Shown one piece after another: positions 46,630 to 59,300 of a DNA stretch of 64,000 nucleotides (the first letter of the stretch is position 1; each line of letters begins with the position of its first letter). The stretch is from Macrostomum lignano. Taxonomy: Eukaryota. Under the pieces are notes generated by a model. That model was not told the origin of the DNA. It saw only the letters and a program-made list of their open reading frames with translations, and ran no database searches. The position numbers and the translations under genes are program-made. The DNA is taken from assembly GCA_002269645.1 (NCBI GenBank), contig NIVC01000815.1, positions 376,083 to 440,082 of the forward strand, read 5' to 3'.

Positions 46630-49174
46630 TCACCAATCGGCCATGATAACCTCGTCCATGAACTTTTTATACACGGCCATGAACCTGGCCACGAAAGCCT
46701 CCAGATGGAAGATGGCCTTCTGGCCAAGCCGCATCCTGTGCTCGTACTCGGCGCCAAGAGTCAGCACCTCGGCCTTCAGCGTACCGTCGCATGAGCTGAT
46801 CAGCTCGGTGACCAGGCAGCGCATGATGAGGTCAGGCGGGACGCAGTGGCTCAGCAGTTCGTACAGGCGAGTTCGGACAATCAGCAGGCGAGCCGGGCTC
46901 TGCTCTTCCAGCACTTTCTTGGCCGTCTCTTTCAGGTAGAGCTGCCAATCGCCCAGGCAAACTGACTGGTCCGGATCGAAGGGCTGCTGCTGGGCTCTGC
47001 AGGCCTCGGCCATTAGCAGGGCTCGACGCAGGTTGCGCTCGGACGCCTGGGCGATGCGGCGGGCCAGACTGTCCGGCAGGCTCAGGCCCTCCTTGCGGCA
47101 GGTGCCTTGCAGCACCTGAACAATCTGTAAGGGTAGAGAGTGGGGAATCCACAGTTCTAAAAATAACCCACCTCACTTCCAGCAAATCGGCGGCTTTTAT
47201 TCCACACCCACCTCACTCCCAGCCAATTAGCAACTCTCATTCCATACAAACCTCACTCTCAGCCAATCAGCGGCTTTCATTCCCCACCGAACCCACTCCC
47301 AGCCAATCAGCGGCGCTCATTTCCCACCGTACCCACTCCCAGCCAATCAGCGGCGCTCATTCCATACAAACCTTACTCTCAGCCAATCAGCGGCTTTCAT
47401 TCCCCACCGAACCCACTTCCAGCTAATCAGCGGCACTCATTACCCACCGAATCCACTCCAAGCCAATCAGTGGCGCTCATTCCATACAAACCTCACTCTC
47501 AGCCAATCAGCGGCGCTCATTACACACCGAATCCACTCCCAGCCAATCAGCGGCGCTCGTTCCCTACCAAACCCACTCCCAGCCAATCAGCGGCGCTCAT
47601 TCCCCACCGAAACCCACTCCCAGCGAATCCGTAGACCCGCAATAAAACTGACCTCATCCTCTGTAGGCGCAGATACTCTAACAGCCAAACATCGACTGCG
47701 AATGGCCTGAATAACTTTGCTAGTGCTGTTGGCGCACAGGATGAGCCGGCAGGTGGCCATGTACTTTTCCATGGTGCGGCGCAGAGCGTGCTGGGCGTCT
47801 TTTGTAAGCCGGTCGACTTCGTTTAGCACCACCACTGAAACAGAAACAGGAGAATGTGACGGCGCCTTAATTAATCCCCGTTTAATAGGAAAGAACTGTT
47901 TTTTGTCGCAAAGGATACTGCTATTTAGCAGAGGGAAAGGATCGGTGTATGTATGAATGATTCACTCCTGTTTGTCGGTAAGAGACCCCCTTGGCTGTAG
48001 GTAAGAGACACCCCTCTCTGCAGGTAACAGACACCCCTGTATGCAGGTAAGAGACACCCCTATATGCAGGTAGGAGACACCCCTGTCTGCAGGTAAGAGA
48101 CACCCCTGTATGCAGGTAAGAGACACCCCTATATGCAGGTAAGAGACACCCCTTCTGCAGGTAAGAGACACCCCTGTCTGCAGGTAAGAGACACCCCTGT
48201 ATGTAGGTAAGACACCCCTTCTGCAGGTAAGAGACACCCCTTCTGCAGGTAAGAGACACCCCTGTCTGCAGGTAAGAGACACCCCTTCTGCAGGTAAGAG
48301 ACACCCCTTCTGCAGGTAAGAGACACCCCTTCTGCAGGTAAGAGACACCCCTTCTGCAGGTAAGAGACACACCTTCTGCAGGTAAGAGACACCCCTTCTG
48401 CAGGTAAGAGACACACCTTCTGCAGGTAAGAGACACCCCTGTATGCAGGTAACAGACACCCCTTCTGCAGGTAAGAGACACCCCTGTATGCAGGTAACAG
48501 ACACCCCTATATGCAGGTAAGAGACACCCCTATATGCAGGTAAGAGACACCCCTGTATGTAGGTAAGAGACACCCCTATATGCAGGTAAGAGACACCCCT
48601 GTATGTAGGTAAGACACCCCTTCTGCAGGTAAGAGACACCCCTGTCTGCAGGTAAGAGACACCCCTGTCTGCAGGTAGGAGACACCCCTGTATGCAGGAA
48701 AAGGAGCCAGTATAACCGGTAATCTATAAAGAGATATTGCTACCAACAATCAAATCAGCTGCCCAAATACACAGCAAAATCACCTTTAAACTCGCGCTGC
48801 TGACTGGCATCCAGCTGATTAACCGAGGCCACCTGTTTAATCAACTCCATGACAACAACCCGATCGTAGATGCCGGCATCGCCCGGACTGACCTCCAGAT
48901 GAAAATTCGACGAAACAGTTTCAATTTCAACTTTCCGTTTCGACGGCGCGGTGAAGCTCTGCTGCTCCAACCGGAGCCGCTCAACGCCGGCTCCGTACAG
49001 CTCCCGCAGTAGCGCGTGAATGCGAGTCTTCTTGCCCGCCCCAGGGGGCCCGTACACCAGCAGATGGGGGAAGTCGCCAGACTCCACCAGGGCTCGAAGG
49101 CGGTCGGCTTGATCAGTGTGATAGTCTAGCTTGTCCAGCCGCTTGGGCCTGTACTTGTCTACCCAGAGACTCAT
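46630..49174 (-). CDS. RFC3: Replication factor C subunit 3 (355 aa)
   Basis: Exons 49174-48784, 47834-47653, 47124-46630 (1068 nt). [74 protein letters not shown]. Confidence 0.98.
47165..47630. repeat. 40-bp minisatellite with a CCAAT core, RFC3 intron 2
   Basis: Unit ACCCACTCCCAGCCAATCAGCGGCGCTCATTCCCCACCGA. Confidence 0.95.
47975..48700. repeat. 22-23-bp minisatellite, RFC3 intron 1
   Basis: Unit GCAGGTAAGAGACACCCC(TTCT/TGTAT/TGTCT). Confidence 0.96.
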
Positions 49175-49207
49175 TGTGACTGGTCAGATCTGAGGGGTGG
49201 CGCGACA

Positions 49208-49800
49208 GAGAGATGAGTAGAGAAATGAGTAGACAGATGAGTAGACGGATAAGTAGAGAAATGAGTAGACAGATAAGTAGAGAGATGAGTAGACATATAA
49301 GTAGACAGAAAAGTAGACAGATGAGTAGACAGATAAGTAGAGAGTTGAGTAGACAGAAAAGTAGACAGATAAGTAGAGAGATGAGTAGAGATGAGTAGAC
49401 AGATAAGTAGAGATGAGTAGAGAGATGAGTACGAGCCGTAGACAGGTAAGTAGAGAGATGAGTAGAGATGAGTAGACAGATAAGTAGAGAAATGAGTAGA
49501 CAGATAAGTAGAGAGATGAGTAGGCATATAAGTAGACAGAAAAGTAGACAGATGAGTAGACAGATAAGTAGAGAGTTGAGTAGACAGAAAAGTAGACAGA
49601 TAAGTAGAGAGATGAGTAGAGATGAGTAGACAGATAAGTAGAGATGAGTAGAGAGATGAGTACGAGCCGTAGACAGGTAAGTAGAGAGATGAGTAGAGAT
49701 GAGTAGACAGATAAGTAGAGATGAGTAGAGAGATGAGTACGAGCCGTAGACAGGTAAGTAGAGAAATGAGTAGACAGATAAGTACTCGTATATATGAGTA
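49208..49800. repeat. Purine-rich compound repeat just upstream of the RFC3 ATG
   Basis: GAGATGAGTAG / ACAGATAAGTA modules with a higher-order duplication. Confidence 0.93.
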
Positions 49801-50041
49801 GACAAATAAGTCGGAGAGGCGAAAGAGATGACAAAGATATACTACAAAGACATAGGAATTCTAGAAAAAAGCCGAAGTATTAAATAATTTAATAAGCAAG
49901 CTACTGTACACAATGAAGACATCCTAACTAGTATATTTATTAAGCTCATAAATAGGTCCATACTAAATAAAACTATTAATTTACAAAAAAATTATGCTTG
50001 AACCATTATTCAGTTTACTATAAACAGTACTAAACATGAAG

Positions 50042-50825
50042 AATCAAGGACACTGAGGGGAGCGGAGAGGCAGATTCAAGGACACTGAGGGGAGCGGAGA
50101 GGCAGATTCAAGGACACTGAGGGGAGAGGAGAGGCACATTCAAGGACACTGAGGGGAGCGGAGAGGCACATTCAAGGACACTGAGGGGAGCGGAGAGGCA
50201 CATTCAAGGACACTGAGGGGAGCGGAGAGGCAGATTCAAGGACACTGAGGGGAGCGGAGAGGCAGATTCAAGGACACTGAGGGTAGCGGAGAGGCAATTC
50301 AAGGACACTGAGGGAGCGGAGAGGCAGATTCAAGGACACTGAGGGGAGCGGAGAGGCAATTCAAGGACACTGAGGGGAGCGGAGAGGCAATTCAAGGACA
50401 CTGAGGGGAGCGGAGAGGCACATTCAAGGACACTGAGGGGAGCGGAGAGGCAATTCAAGGACACTGAGGGGAGCGGAGAGGCACATTCAAGGACACTGAG
50501 GGGAGCGGAGAGGCACATTCAAGGACACTGAGGGGAGCGGAGAGGCAATTCAAGGACACTGAGGGGAGCGGAGAGGCAGGGTCAAGGACACTGAGGGGAG
50601 CGGAGAGGCAGATTCAAGGACACTGAGGGGAGCGAAGAGCCACATTCAAGGACACTGAGGGGAGCGGAGAGCCACATTCAAGGACACTAAGGGGAGCGGA
50701 GAGCCACATTTAAGGACACTGAGGGGAACGGAGAGGCACATTCAAGGACACTGAGGTGAGCGAAGAGCCACATTCAAGGACACTAAGGGGAGCGGAGAGG
50801 CACATTCAAGGACACTGAGGGGAGC
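50042..50825. repeat. 32-bp minisatellite upstream of RFC3
   Basis: Unit CAAGGACACTGAGGGGAGCGGAGAGGCA(G/C)ATT. Confidence 0.97.
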
Positions 50826-51481
50826 AGAAAGACAGATAATTTCACATAATCCATATACTAAAACTGATGAAGACAACATCAGCCGCCACAACAGACAGTA
50901 TTAATTGAACAAAATTGTGCACTTATATATTTCGGTGAAAAGCTCCAGCAGGAGCAGCAAGAGTGACAGAGATTATATAAAGAGTTGAAAAAAAACTGAA
51001 AAGCAAGTACCTATTCTGACAGAGTCAAATGCAAACGCACCCATGCAATGCTAAGTGTACAAACCAGAGTGCAAGGCGCGTCAGTCTATGATTGAATAAT
51101 CAGGTTGGCGAGGTCTGGTAAAAATCCAATTTAAACACACTGCAGCATAATCAGACACAGAGAACAATAGGAACAAAAAGTAAACAGAGGACAAAAAAGC
51201 ATTATTTAATTTTTCACTAAATGCTAGCGTGAGCTGTAGGTTAATCCTGCTTTTTTATGATCACTCGGACTTGAAAGAAATCGTTCAAACAGCTCAAAAT
51301 ACTACAGAGAAAACGTGAAAACAAAACAAAAACAACAACAAAAAAACGCGGACGCAATGTTTAGCACCGGATATAGAAAATAAATGTCTTTTGGTCGCTA
51401 TATTAAAAAGTACAAAATGTTCTACAAAAAATCAAGCCGGCGAAAATGCCTGAGAGCAATCTAAAAAAACTCCGATTACTT

Positions 51482-52229
51482 TCAATCAAACGGCTTTGTA
51501 TCTTCAGCTTTAACGTAGGCGCTTTCGCTAACCACAGCTGTTCCGTCGCTGGGGTCAGTCTCCAGGCTCTCTTCTTCATCATCCTCGTCATCGTCTTCAA
51601 ATTGAAAATCACGCGATTCGGTTGGCACGGGGCACTCCGGTGTGGATAGTCGGCAATCGTTGCTGCTGTTATTGTTATTGTTGTTGTTGTTGTTGTCGTT
51701 GTTATTGAGCAGCTGAGTGTTGGGCGAGCGGCCACCGTCATTGCCATAATAAGAACCGTAGTTATAATAATAATTGTCGGACAATCCGCTACTGTCGGCA
51801 CTGGAGAATCTGCTAGAATCTTGTTGTTCTCGCGACTGCTGCTGTTGATGCTGTTGCTGGCAAAAGCAAGCTGTCTTCTGCCGCGGCTGCTGCTGATGAT
51901 GATACTGCATCAGCGTCGATGGCGAATCCGACAAAAACTGCCGCTGAAACTGCTCGTCCAGGCCGCAGTCGCTACTAAAGAGATAAGCGTCTGGAGAATA
52001 CGAGTAGAAAGCCGATGACGTCATCGAGGCCTGAGCCGGGGCTGAGGAAGAGACGGTGGCGGCGGAGGCGTAGCCGATGGAAACTGGGAGGCGACATCGC
52101 GTCTTCCATAGTAGCCAGCAGGGCTGGGTGCAGTATAGGCGGTATAGGCGACTGGCCGATGCTGCTGCTGATAAGGATGCTGGTAGTAACGCGCCTGATC
52201 GTAATAACTCGGCATCGACTGCTGCGGTA

Positions 52230-52263
<34 letters not shown>

Positions 52264-54286
52264 ATTGGCGCAATAGGCCGAATAATAAAATTGCCAGTAA
52301 GAATTGTAAACAGATTGCTGCTGCTGCTGATATCGGGGTTGTTGAAATTGCGGCGGCGGCGGCGGCGGCGGCTGTATTGAGGGCGGAGAAATTTGAAGCG
52401 AACAATTATTATTGAAGCCAGGATGACTGTTATAGGCGCAGTAGTGAGGAACTGGCAAAGATAGCGCGATAGGCTGTTGCTGCTGTTGCTGCTGCTGCTG
52501 AGGCGGCAGCGGCAATTGAAACGCGGCAGTTGAATTGGCCGACGATGGCGTTGATGTGGCTGAGGACGCTGGCAATAGTGGCGGCGGCCGGACAGTGCTA
52601 CTAGCGGCAACTCGGGGCCGCTTAGCCGCAGGCGGATACTCGATGCCAATCAGCTGTACGGAGTCGTCAACCGAGCTGCTGCCGGCCGGGTCTGAAGCGA
52701 CTCGGCGAGACAGAAGCGACTGGAATGGCGGCAGCAGGCGCGGCCGGATCGGCTGGTAGCGCCCGATGCCGCTAGCGGCAGTTGCAGCAGCGGAAGAAGC
52801 CGAAGCCGATGTTGAAGCAGACGATGCAGCTTTGCCCGGAGCTGCTTTTGGTGTCTTTGTTTGCCAATGAGGAGTTGGATAGGGTTGCTCATGGATAGGG
52901 GATAGCGGCTGGGATATTTTAATGGACATTAACTTTGACAATTGAGAGGTACGGCTCAGCCTTAGGATCAGAGAGTGTTGCTGAGGAACTGAGAGTGCAG
53001 CTGAGGATCTGAGAGTGTGGTTGAGGATCTGAGAGTGTGATTGAGGATTTGAGAGTGCTGCTGAGGATCAGAGAGTGCGGCTGAGGATCTGAGAGTGTGG
53101 TTGAGGATTTGAGAGTGCAGCTGAGGATTTGAGAGTGTTGCTGAGGATCTGAGAGTGTGGCTGAGGATTTGAGAGTGCAGCTGAGGATCTGAGAGTGTTG
53201 CTGAGGATCTGAGAGTATTGTTGAGGATCTGAGAGTGTTGCTGAGGATTTGAGAGTGTTGCTAAGGATCTGAGAATGTGATTGAGGATCTGAGATTGTTG
53301 CTGAGGATCTGAGAGTGTTGCTGAGGATCTGAGAGTATTGCTGAGGATCTGAGAGAGTGGTTGAGGATTTGAGAGTGCTGCTGAGGATCTGGGAGTGGTA
53401 CTGAGGATTTGAGAGTGTTGCTGAGGATCTGAGAGTTCAGCTGAGGATCTGAGAGTGCTGCTGAGGATCTGAGAGTGCAGCTGAGGATCTGAGAGTGTGG
53501 TTGAGGATTTGAGAGTGCTGCTGAGGATCTGAGAGTGGTACTGAGGATTTGAGAGTGTTGCTGAGGATCTGAGAGCATTGCTGAGGATCTGAGGGTGTAG
53601 TTGAGAATCAAAGTGTTTCTGCCCAATATGAATAAGCGAAACTATGGGGCCAGTGAGCCGCACACACACAACTATAGCTCCGGTGACTCACCCCACAAGG
53701 CTTCCGCTGAGCCGCACACACACACAACTATAGCTCCGGTGACTCACCCCACAAGGCTTCCGCTGAGCCGCACACACACACAACTATAGCTCCGGTGACT
53801 CACCCCACAAGGCTTCCGCTGAGCCGCACACACACACAACTATAGCTCCGCTGACTCACCCCACAAGGCTTCCGCTGAGCCGCACACACACACAACTATA
53901 GCTCCGGTGACTCACCCCACAAGGCTTCCGCTGAGCCGAAGACACACACAACTATAGCTCCGGTGACTCACCCCACAAGGCTTCCGCTCGAAGTCTAAAT
54001 CATAGTTTTCGCTAGTTGACGAAGACGCCGCATGAAACCTGCACTGGCGGATGAAGTCCAGCTTCCTCTTGTCAGGAAAGCAGTCGGCACGCTGGCAGTA
54101 GTATAGCTTAGACGACAAGTCCAGCGCGGCCCACTCAGACTTGAGCTTCCGATCGAAAGCTTTGCCTTTAACAGCCGCAGCGATAACCGGAGATCTGTCC
54201 TGCTTAAATAGCCGATAGGGCTTAGTGTTGCTGCTAGACAAATAATGCAACTCCCCGGCTGTTAGCGAAGCCCGAAACCGATCCAT
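51482..54286 (-). CDS. Putative HMG-box-like protein with a long Q/P/S/A-rich and acidic tail; apparent frameshift near 52030-52070
   Basis: Exon 54286-53972 contains RLFKQDRSPVIAAAVKG..KLKSEWAALDLSSKLYYCQRA (F..R / W..L...K..Y..A spacing of HMG helices); GTGAGT donor phase 0. Exon from ~52932 needs a frame switch (ORF 52021-52941 to ORF 51482-52405) to continue. Confidence 0.5.
52960..53600. repeat. 20-bp minisatellite in intron of the HMG-like gene
   Basis: Unit CTGAGGAT(C/T)TGAGAGTG(TTG/CAG/CTG). Confidence 0.96.
53655..53987. repeat. 54-56-bp tandem repeat (6 units) spanning the exon/intron junction of the HMG-like gene
   Basis: Unit GAGCCGCACACACACACAACTATAGCTCCGGTGACTCACCCCACAAGGCTTCCGCT. 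Confidence 0.97.
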
Positions 54287-54404
54287 GTCGCAGCTGTACT
54301 ACTGCCGCTGTAAGTAGTTAAGTAGTAATAATGAACTATTTTGATGCAAAATTGAAGTAAAATAGAAAAAAAATGCATAAAACTTCATAAAAACTGTGGA
54401 ATAT

Positions 54405-54815
54405 CATGGATGGAAATTTGTGGTTGGAATCTCATAGGTGGAGATTGTGGGTGGAATCTCATAGGTGGAGATTGTGGGTGGAATCTCATAAGTGGAGATT
54501 GTGGGTGGAATCTCATGGGCTGAAATTTGTGGGTGAAATCTTATGGATGGAAATTTGTGGGTTGAATCTCATGGGTGGAGATTGTGGGTGGAATCTCATG
54601 GGTGGAGATTGTAAGTGGAATCTCATGGGTGGAGATTGTAAGTGGAATCTCATGGGTGGAGATTGTAAGTGGAATCTCATGGGTGGAGATTGTAGGTGGA
54701 ATCTCATGGGTTGAGAATGTGGGTGGAATCTCATAGGTGGAGATTGTAAGTGGAATCTCATGGGTGGAGATTGTAAGTGGAATCTCATGGGTGGAGATTG
54801 TGGGTGGAATCTCAT
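54405..54815. repeat. 27-bp minisatellite
   Basis: Unit GTGGAATCTCATGGGTGGAGATTGT(AA/GG). Confidence 0.95.
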
Positions 54816-55374
54816 GAGGGAGATTTCTGAGAGAAAAGCGTACCACAATGTGCAGAGATCTCATTAGCCTCCGAAGTAAGAGTCTCACAGGGGATACCAA
54901 TGCTTACAAATTCTATATTTCTATTGTAGTTGTACTGGCAATCAAAGTACAAATAGTACTTCTGAAATTCAGAACAGCGTAAAAAGCTGCGAGAAGCAGT
55001 TGAGCAAGCTGCTTGTATTTTGGCAAGCCATTCTTTTGCAAGAAAAACCAAATAAAAATGCTTTCTTTTAAACAGCAAAACTAAAAAACTGAATATCTGG
55101 AAAAATACAGCACCAATTTACTGTGAGATTTTTACTGGCTAATATTAATGCAGATTTGCTTATGCTTTGCGGGAATTGCAATTGATGTTAAACTTGGACG
55201 AAACTGCTTAGAAAAGCAAGTGATAATAAAGAACAATAGAAAACAAATTAGGTGCGCTTTAGGATATGTTTTTGCAAAAAATAAACAAATGCTACAAATG
55301 TTTTCCGATATTGCAAAAGAATGAAAATAAAGCTCGGAAAGTACACGAGGACCTTTGTTTTATCGCTTTAGCAG

Positions 55375-55935
55375 CATTGTGATTGGCTGCCGCGCTTTAC
55401 TGATAACACTGACTCTTATCCCTCTTTTAGATGCACTGCGATTGGCTGCCGCACTCTACTGATAACACTGTGACTCTTATCTCTATCCTAGATGCACTGC
55501 GATTGGCTGCCGCACTTTACTGATAACACTGTGACTCTTATCTCTATCCTAGATGCACTGCGATTGGCTGCCGCACTTTACTGATAACATTGTGACTCTT
55601 ATCTCTCTCCTAGATGCACTGTGATTGGCTGCCGCACTTTACTGATAACACTGACTCTTATCTCTCTTTTAGATGCACTGCGATTGGCTGCCGCACTTTA
55701 CTGATAACACTGACTCTTATCTCTCTTTTAGATGCACTGCGATTGGCTGCCGCACTTTACTGATAACACTGTGACTCTTATCTCTATCCTAGATGCACTG
55801 TGATTGGCTGCCGCACTTTACTGATAACACTGTGACTCTTATCTCTCTCCTAGATGCACTGTGATTGGCTGCCGCACTTTACTGATAACACTGTGACTCT
55901 TATCTCTCTCCTAGATGCACTGTGATTGGCTGCCA
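55375..55935. repeat. 59-61-bp minisatellite downstream of NCAPH
   Basis: Unit GATTGGCTGCCGCACTTTACTGATAACACTGTGACTCTTATCTCTATCCTAGATGCACTGC. Confidence 0.96.
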
Positions 55936-56390
55936 CATTGACACTACGCACTAACACTATTGCACTGGCACTCCGATCTGTCTCTCACACCTGAAAGGTG
56001 AACAAAAATGGGTACAATGTGATCAACAGTCACATTACAAATAGAATAATAGACAGTGCTAGACTGCACAAAAAAACAATTGCAAAGCCTATTTGTAATT
56101 GGCGTGCACTACAATGTGAATCAAATTGCAAAGAAGCATTTAAATGTGAAAAATAATAGGCACACAAAGATCTTGAGAACAAAATTGGAACATTTTTTGA
56201 AAATAAGTTTGACAAAAAGAGCTACTAGCAGTAGGCTCTTCGAAATTTGAGCACCTAAACAGATAAAAACGCAGATGCTAATTCGACCAAGGTTGGATTC
56301 TAATTCTAAAGAAATGTTTTGCTGCACCTTTTGCTTAAACTAATCAGCTTTCCTTTAGTCTAAAAATTGGAATCTTAATTATTTTTTAAA

Positions 56391-59300
56391 TCAGACAACT
56401 TCATCTGCCTCATCATCTTCATCGCTGGATCCCCAGATTTCGTTCAGGGTGTATTGGCGCTTTTCACCCTGACCACTGCGAGCGGGCTTCTTTAGTTTCT
56501 TCATCTTTGTCTTGCTTTTCTTGGCTGTCAGCAGTTTCAGCCCCTGCGCAGCCAGCAGTTCCGGATCGTCGGGAGCTTTTGGACTCACGATGATATCAGC
56601 TAGACTAGCCGATGAAGATAGATCCAGTTTCTGCAAGGTGATCACGGGGAGATAAGAAAAATCAGGCCTCTGTACGCTACTGATAGTAGCCTATCATCGC
56701 ATTTTACCATCAAAATTTTCGATAAGCTATGAAAGAAAGATGGATTTCTCTGGTCCTCACCTTCTCATTTGCCAGGTACAGCAGACAGGTGAACACTATA
56801 GACACGGACAGATCCTCCACAGCGGCAGCGCTGCCAAGTTGACGAGGCAGCAGCTCCAGCATGCTGGCAAACGAAGCCGGCGAGTCGGGCATCCATTGAT
56901 CCTCGGCGTCCGCGGCAGCGGCGCTTTCCTGACTGCTGCTGGCGGGCTGCTGCTGATTCTCAATTCCTATGCCGTCCGGCTGGATTTAGTGAGAGAGCGC
57001 AAACAGTTGGAAATGACAGGCGGTTGCACTCAGTATTGGGCAGCAGTATACTGATTTTAAAGGTGTGTTGTAGAAGATAGCGCCATAGGAATTGGGTCAT
57101 GCTGATTGGACAGGATTGAGGTCATGGTGTACAAGATTGAGATAATGCTGTACAGGATTGTGATTATGATGTACAGGATTTGACATCATAATGTACAGGA
57201 TTTGAGATCATAGTCTACAGGATTTGAGATCATAAGTGTACAGGATTTGAGATCATAATGTACAGGATTTGAGATCATAATGTACAGGATTTGAGATCAT
57301 AGTGTACAGGATTTGGGATCATAGTGTACAGGATTTGAGATCATAGTGTACAGGATTTGAGATCATAGTGTACAGGATTGGAGATCATAGTGTACAGGAT
57401 TGGAGATCATAGTGTACAGGATTTGAGATCATTGTGTACAGGATTGAAATCATGGTGCACTGCTCAGCAACAATGGAACAATGTTGTGGAAAATTTCAAG
57501 GACTGCATCAGAATCAATGTGCCTCGAACAAATATTTTGTACCTGAGCCAACAGTCGCCACATGCTAGTCTTAAGCCGTTTAACGTTAATCCGCTTAGCA
57601 GTCTTGGCGTAGTCGATCATGACCTGACGCACCTGATAGCCAGGCGCCTGCGACATATTATCTAGGAAACCGCTCTTCTGCTGCTGCCAAAGCCGCTGCT
57701 GATCAGAGCAGTTCAGCATATCGTAGTCCTGATTATCTCCAACGCCTTCAGCGTCGAGAGCAGTTCGAAAATTAGCAAAAGACCTCGTCGCGCCCTCGTA
57801 GCCTTCGTCGAATTCTTCATAGCCGCCATGATGATCGTCCTCGTCTTCGTTAACGCCGGCAAAGTCGTGCAGAGCAGGGCGCCGATTGTTGTTAGAGTCG
57901 TCGCTACAATCTTCTTCGTCGCTGCCAGTGTCCGTCTGCTTGCCGACATCTGAGAGTTCATCGTTTATTCAATGTGGAGCTTAAATGAGCCTCGGTGTAC
58001 AGCCCCCCTCAACCTTCACTCTCTTGCTACACAACCAACGACTCAATTTCCCATTGTCGAAATTTCAAAACGTCAAAATTTTCACACTGTCAAAAACTAT
58101 TCAGTTAATAAAATCTAATTAGAGATACCATTACTCCGGTATAAATCCCTAATTATGGAGGTCCCACTGTCCATAATTAGAGATCCTTACTAGACAGGTA
58201 GTAATCCCTAGTTAGAGACCCCGCTAGTCAGGTATTAATCCCTAATTAGAGATCCTATTACTCAGGTATAAATCCCTAATTATGGAGGTCCCACTGTCCA
58301 TAATTAGAGATCCTACTAGTCAGGTATTAATCCCTAATTAGAGATCCTACTAGTCAGGTATTAATCCCTAATTAGAGATCCTACTAGTCAGGTATTAATC
58401 CCTAATTAGAGATCCTACTAGTCAGGTAGTAATACGTAATTAGAGACCCCGCTAGTCAGGTATTAATACCTAATTAGTGACCCCGCTAGTCAGGTACTAA
58501 TCCCCAATTAGAGACCCCGCTAGTCAGGTACTAATTGCTAATTAGAGCCTGTTAGTCAGGTATGATTCCCTAATTAGAGATCCCATTGTCCCATGAATTT
58601 GATTCCAATGATGTAAAATTTCGACATTGTAAAGCGACCCGCAGCCAATCAGAGCTCGCGAATCTCTCCACCAATCAAGAATGACTAAAACTCACCAGCG
58701 GCGCTAAACCGAACCACGTGCCGACTATCAATAGTAAGGCTCAATAAGCCGCCCTTAAAAAAAGCAACAGAATTATCCGGGCCAATAGTCGAGGCCCGAG
58801 GCGCAGCTGGTGGCGGCAAATCCAGGACCCGATTCATATTGGCGTTCACAACGCAGTCGCTCATTTTATTGTCGGTCCGCTGCGGCTTAGCCAGCTTGGC
58901 GAGCCAGTCGATCCGTTCGGCGCTTAACAGTCGGTTGGTTTGGGCCTTCAAGGCGGCCGCGGCAGCCGTTGTTGATCGACGAGGCCGCTTTGCAGACGGC
59001 GGGCCGGCAGCGGACTCGCCCTGGTCAGCCGGATTGTCATGCGACTGTTCGGCTGCGGCGGCTGCTGGCAGCCTGGCCGGTCCGAACACGCCGCCGATAG
59101 ATGTCAGGCGGCATTTGCGCCGCCACTGAGCGGGCCCGGTCCAAGCGCCAAGCCGGAAGCTGGCCTGCCGCTGCCCGCCCAGCTCCCAATCGGACTCGTC
59201 GCCCCATAGTAAATCGCGAAGGCCATCGATGAAGCTTACGGAGCAGCTGGTAAGAGTTAAGTGAGAGAAAGAGCTGGCTTTGGTAATAAAATGAGTTAAT

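Noticed and set aside
47921-49834. Long repetitive ORFs (up to 230 aa) near RFC3
   Set aside because: They arise from stop-free frames of intronic/upstream minisatellites and overlap a well-supported gene.
52968-53669. 233-aa repetitive ORF (SQILS..LRSS)
   Set aside because: Translation of the 20-bp array; no start context or splice support.
54812-55078. 88-aa minus ORF as an upstream exon of the HMG-like gene
   Set aside because: AT-rich, no similarity recognised, and an in-frame stop lies just upstream of ATG 54286; could not link phases with confidence.
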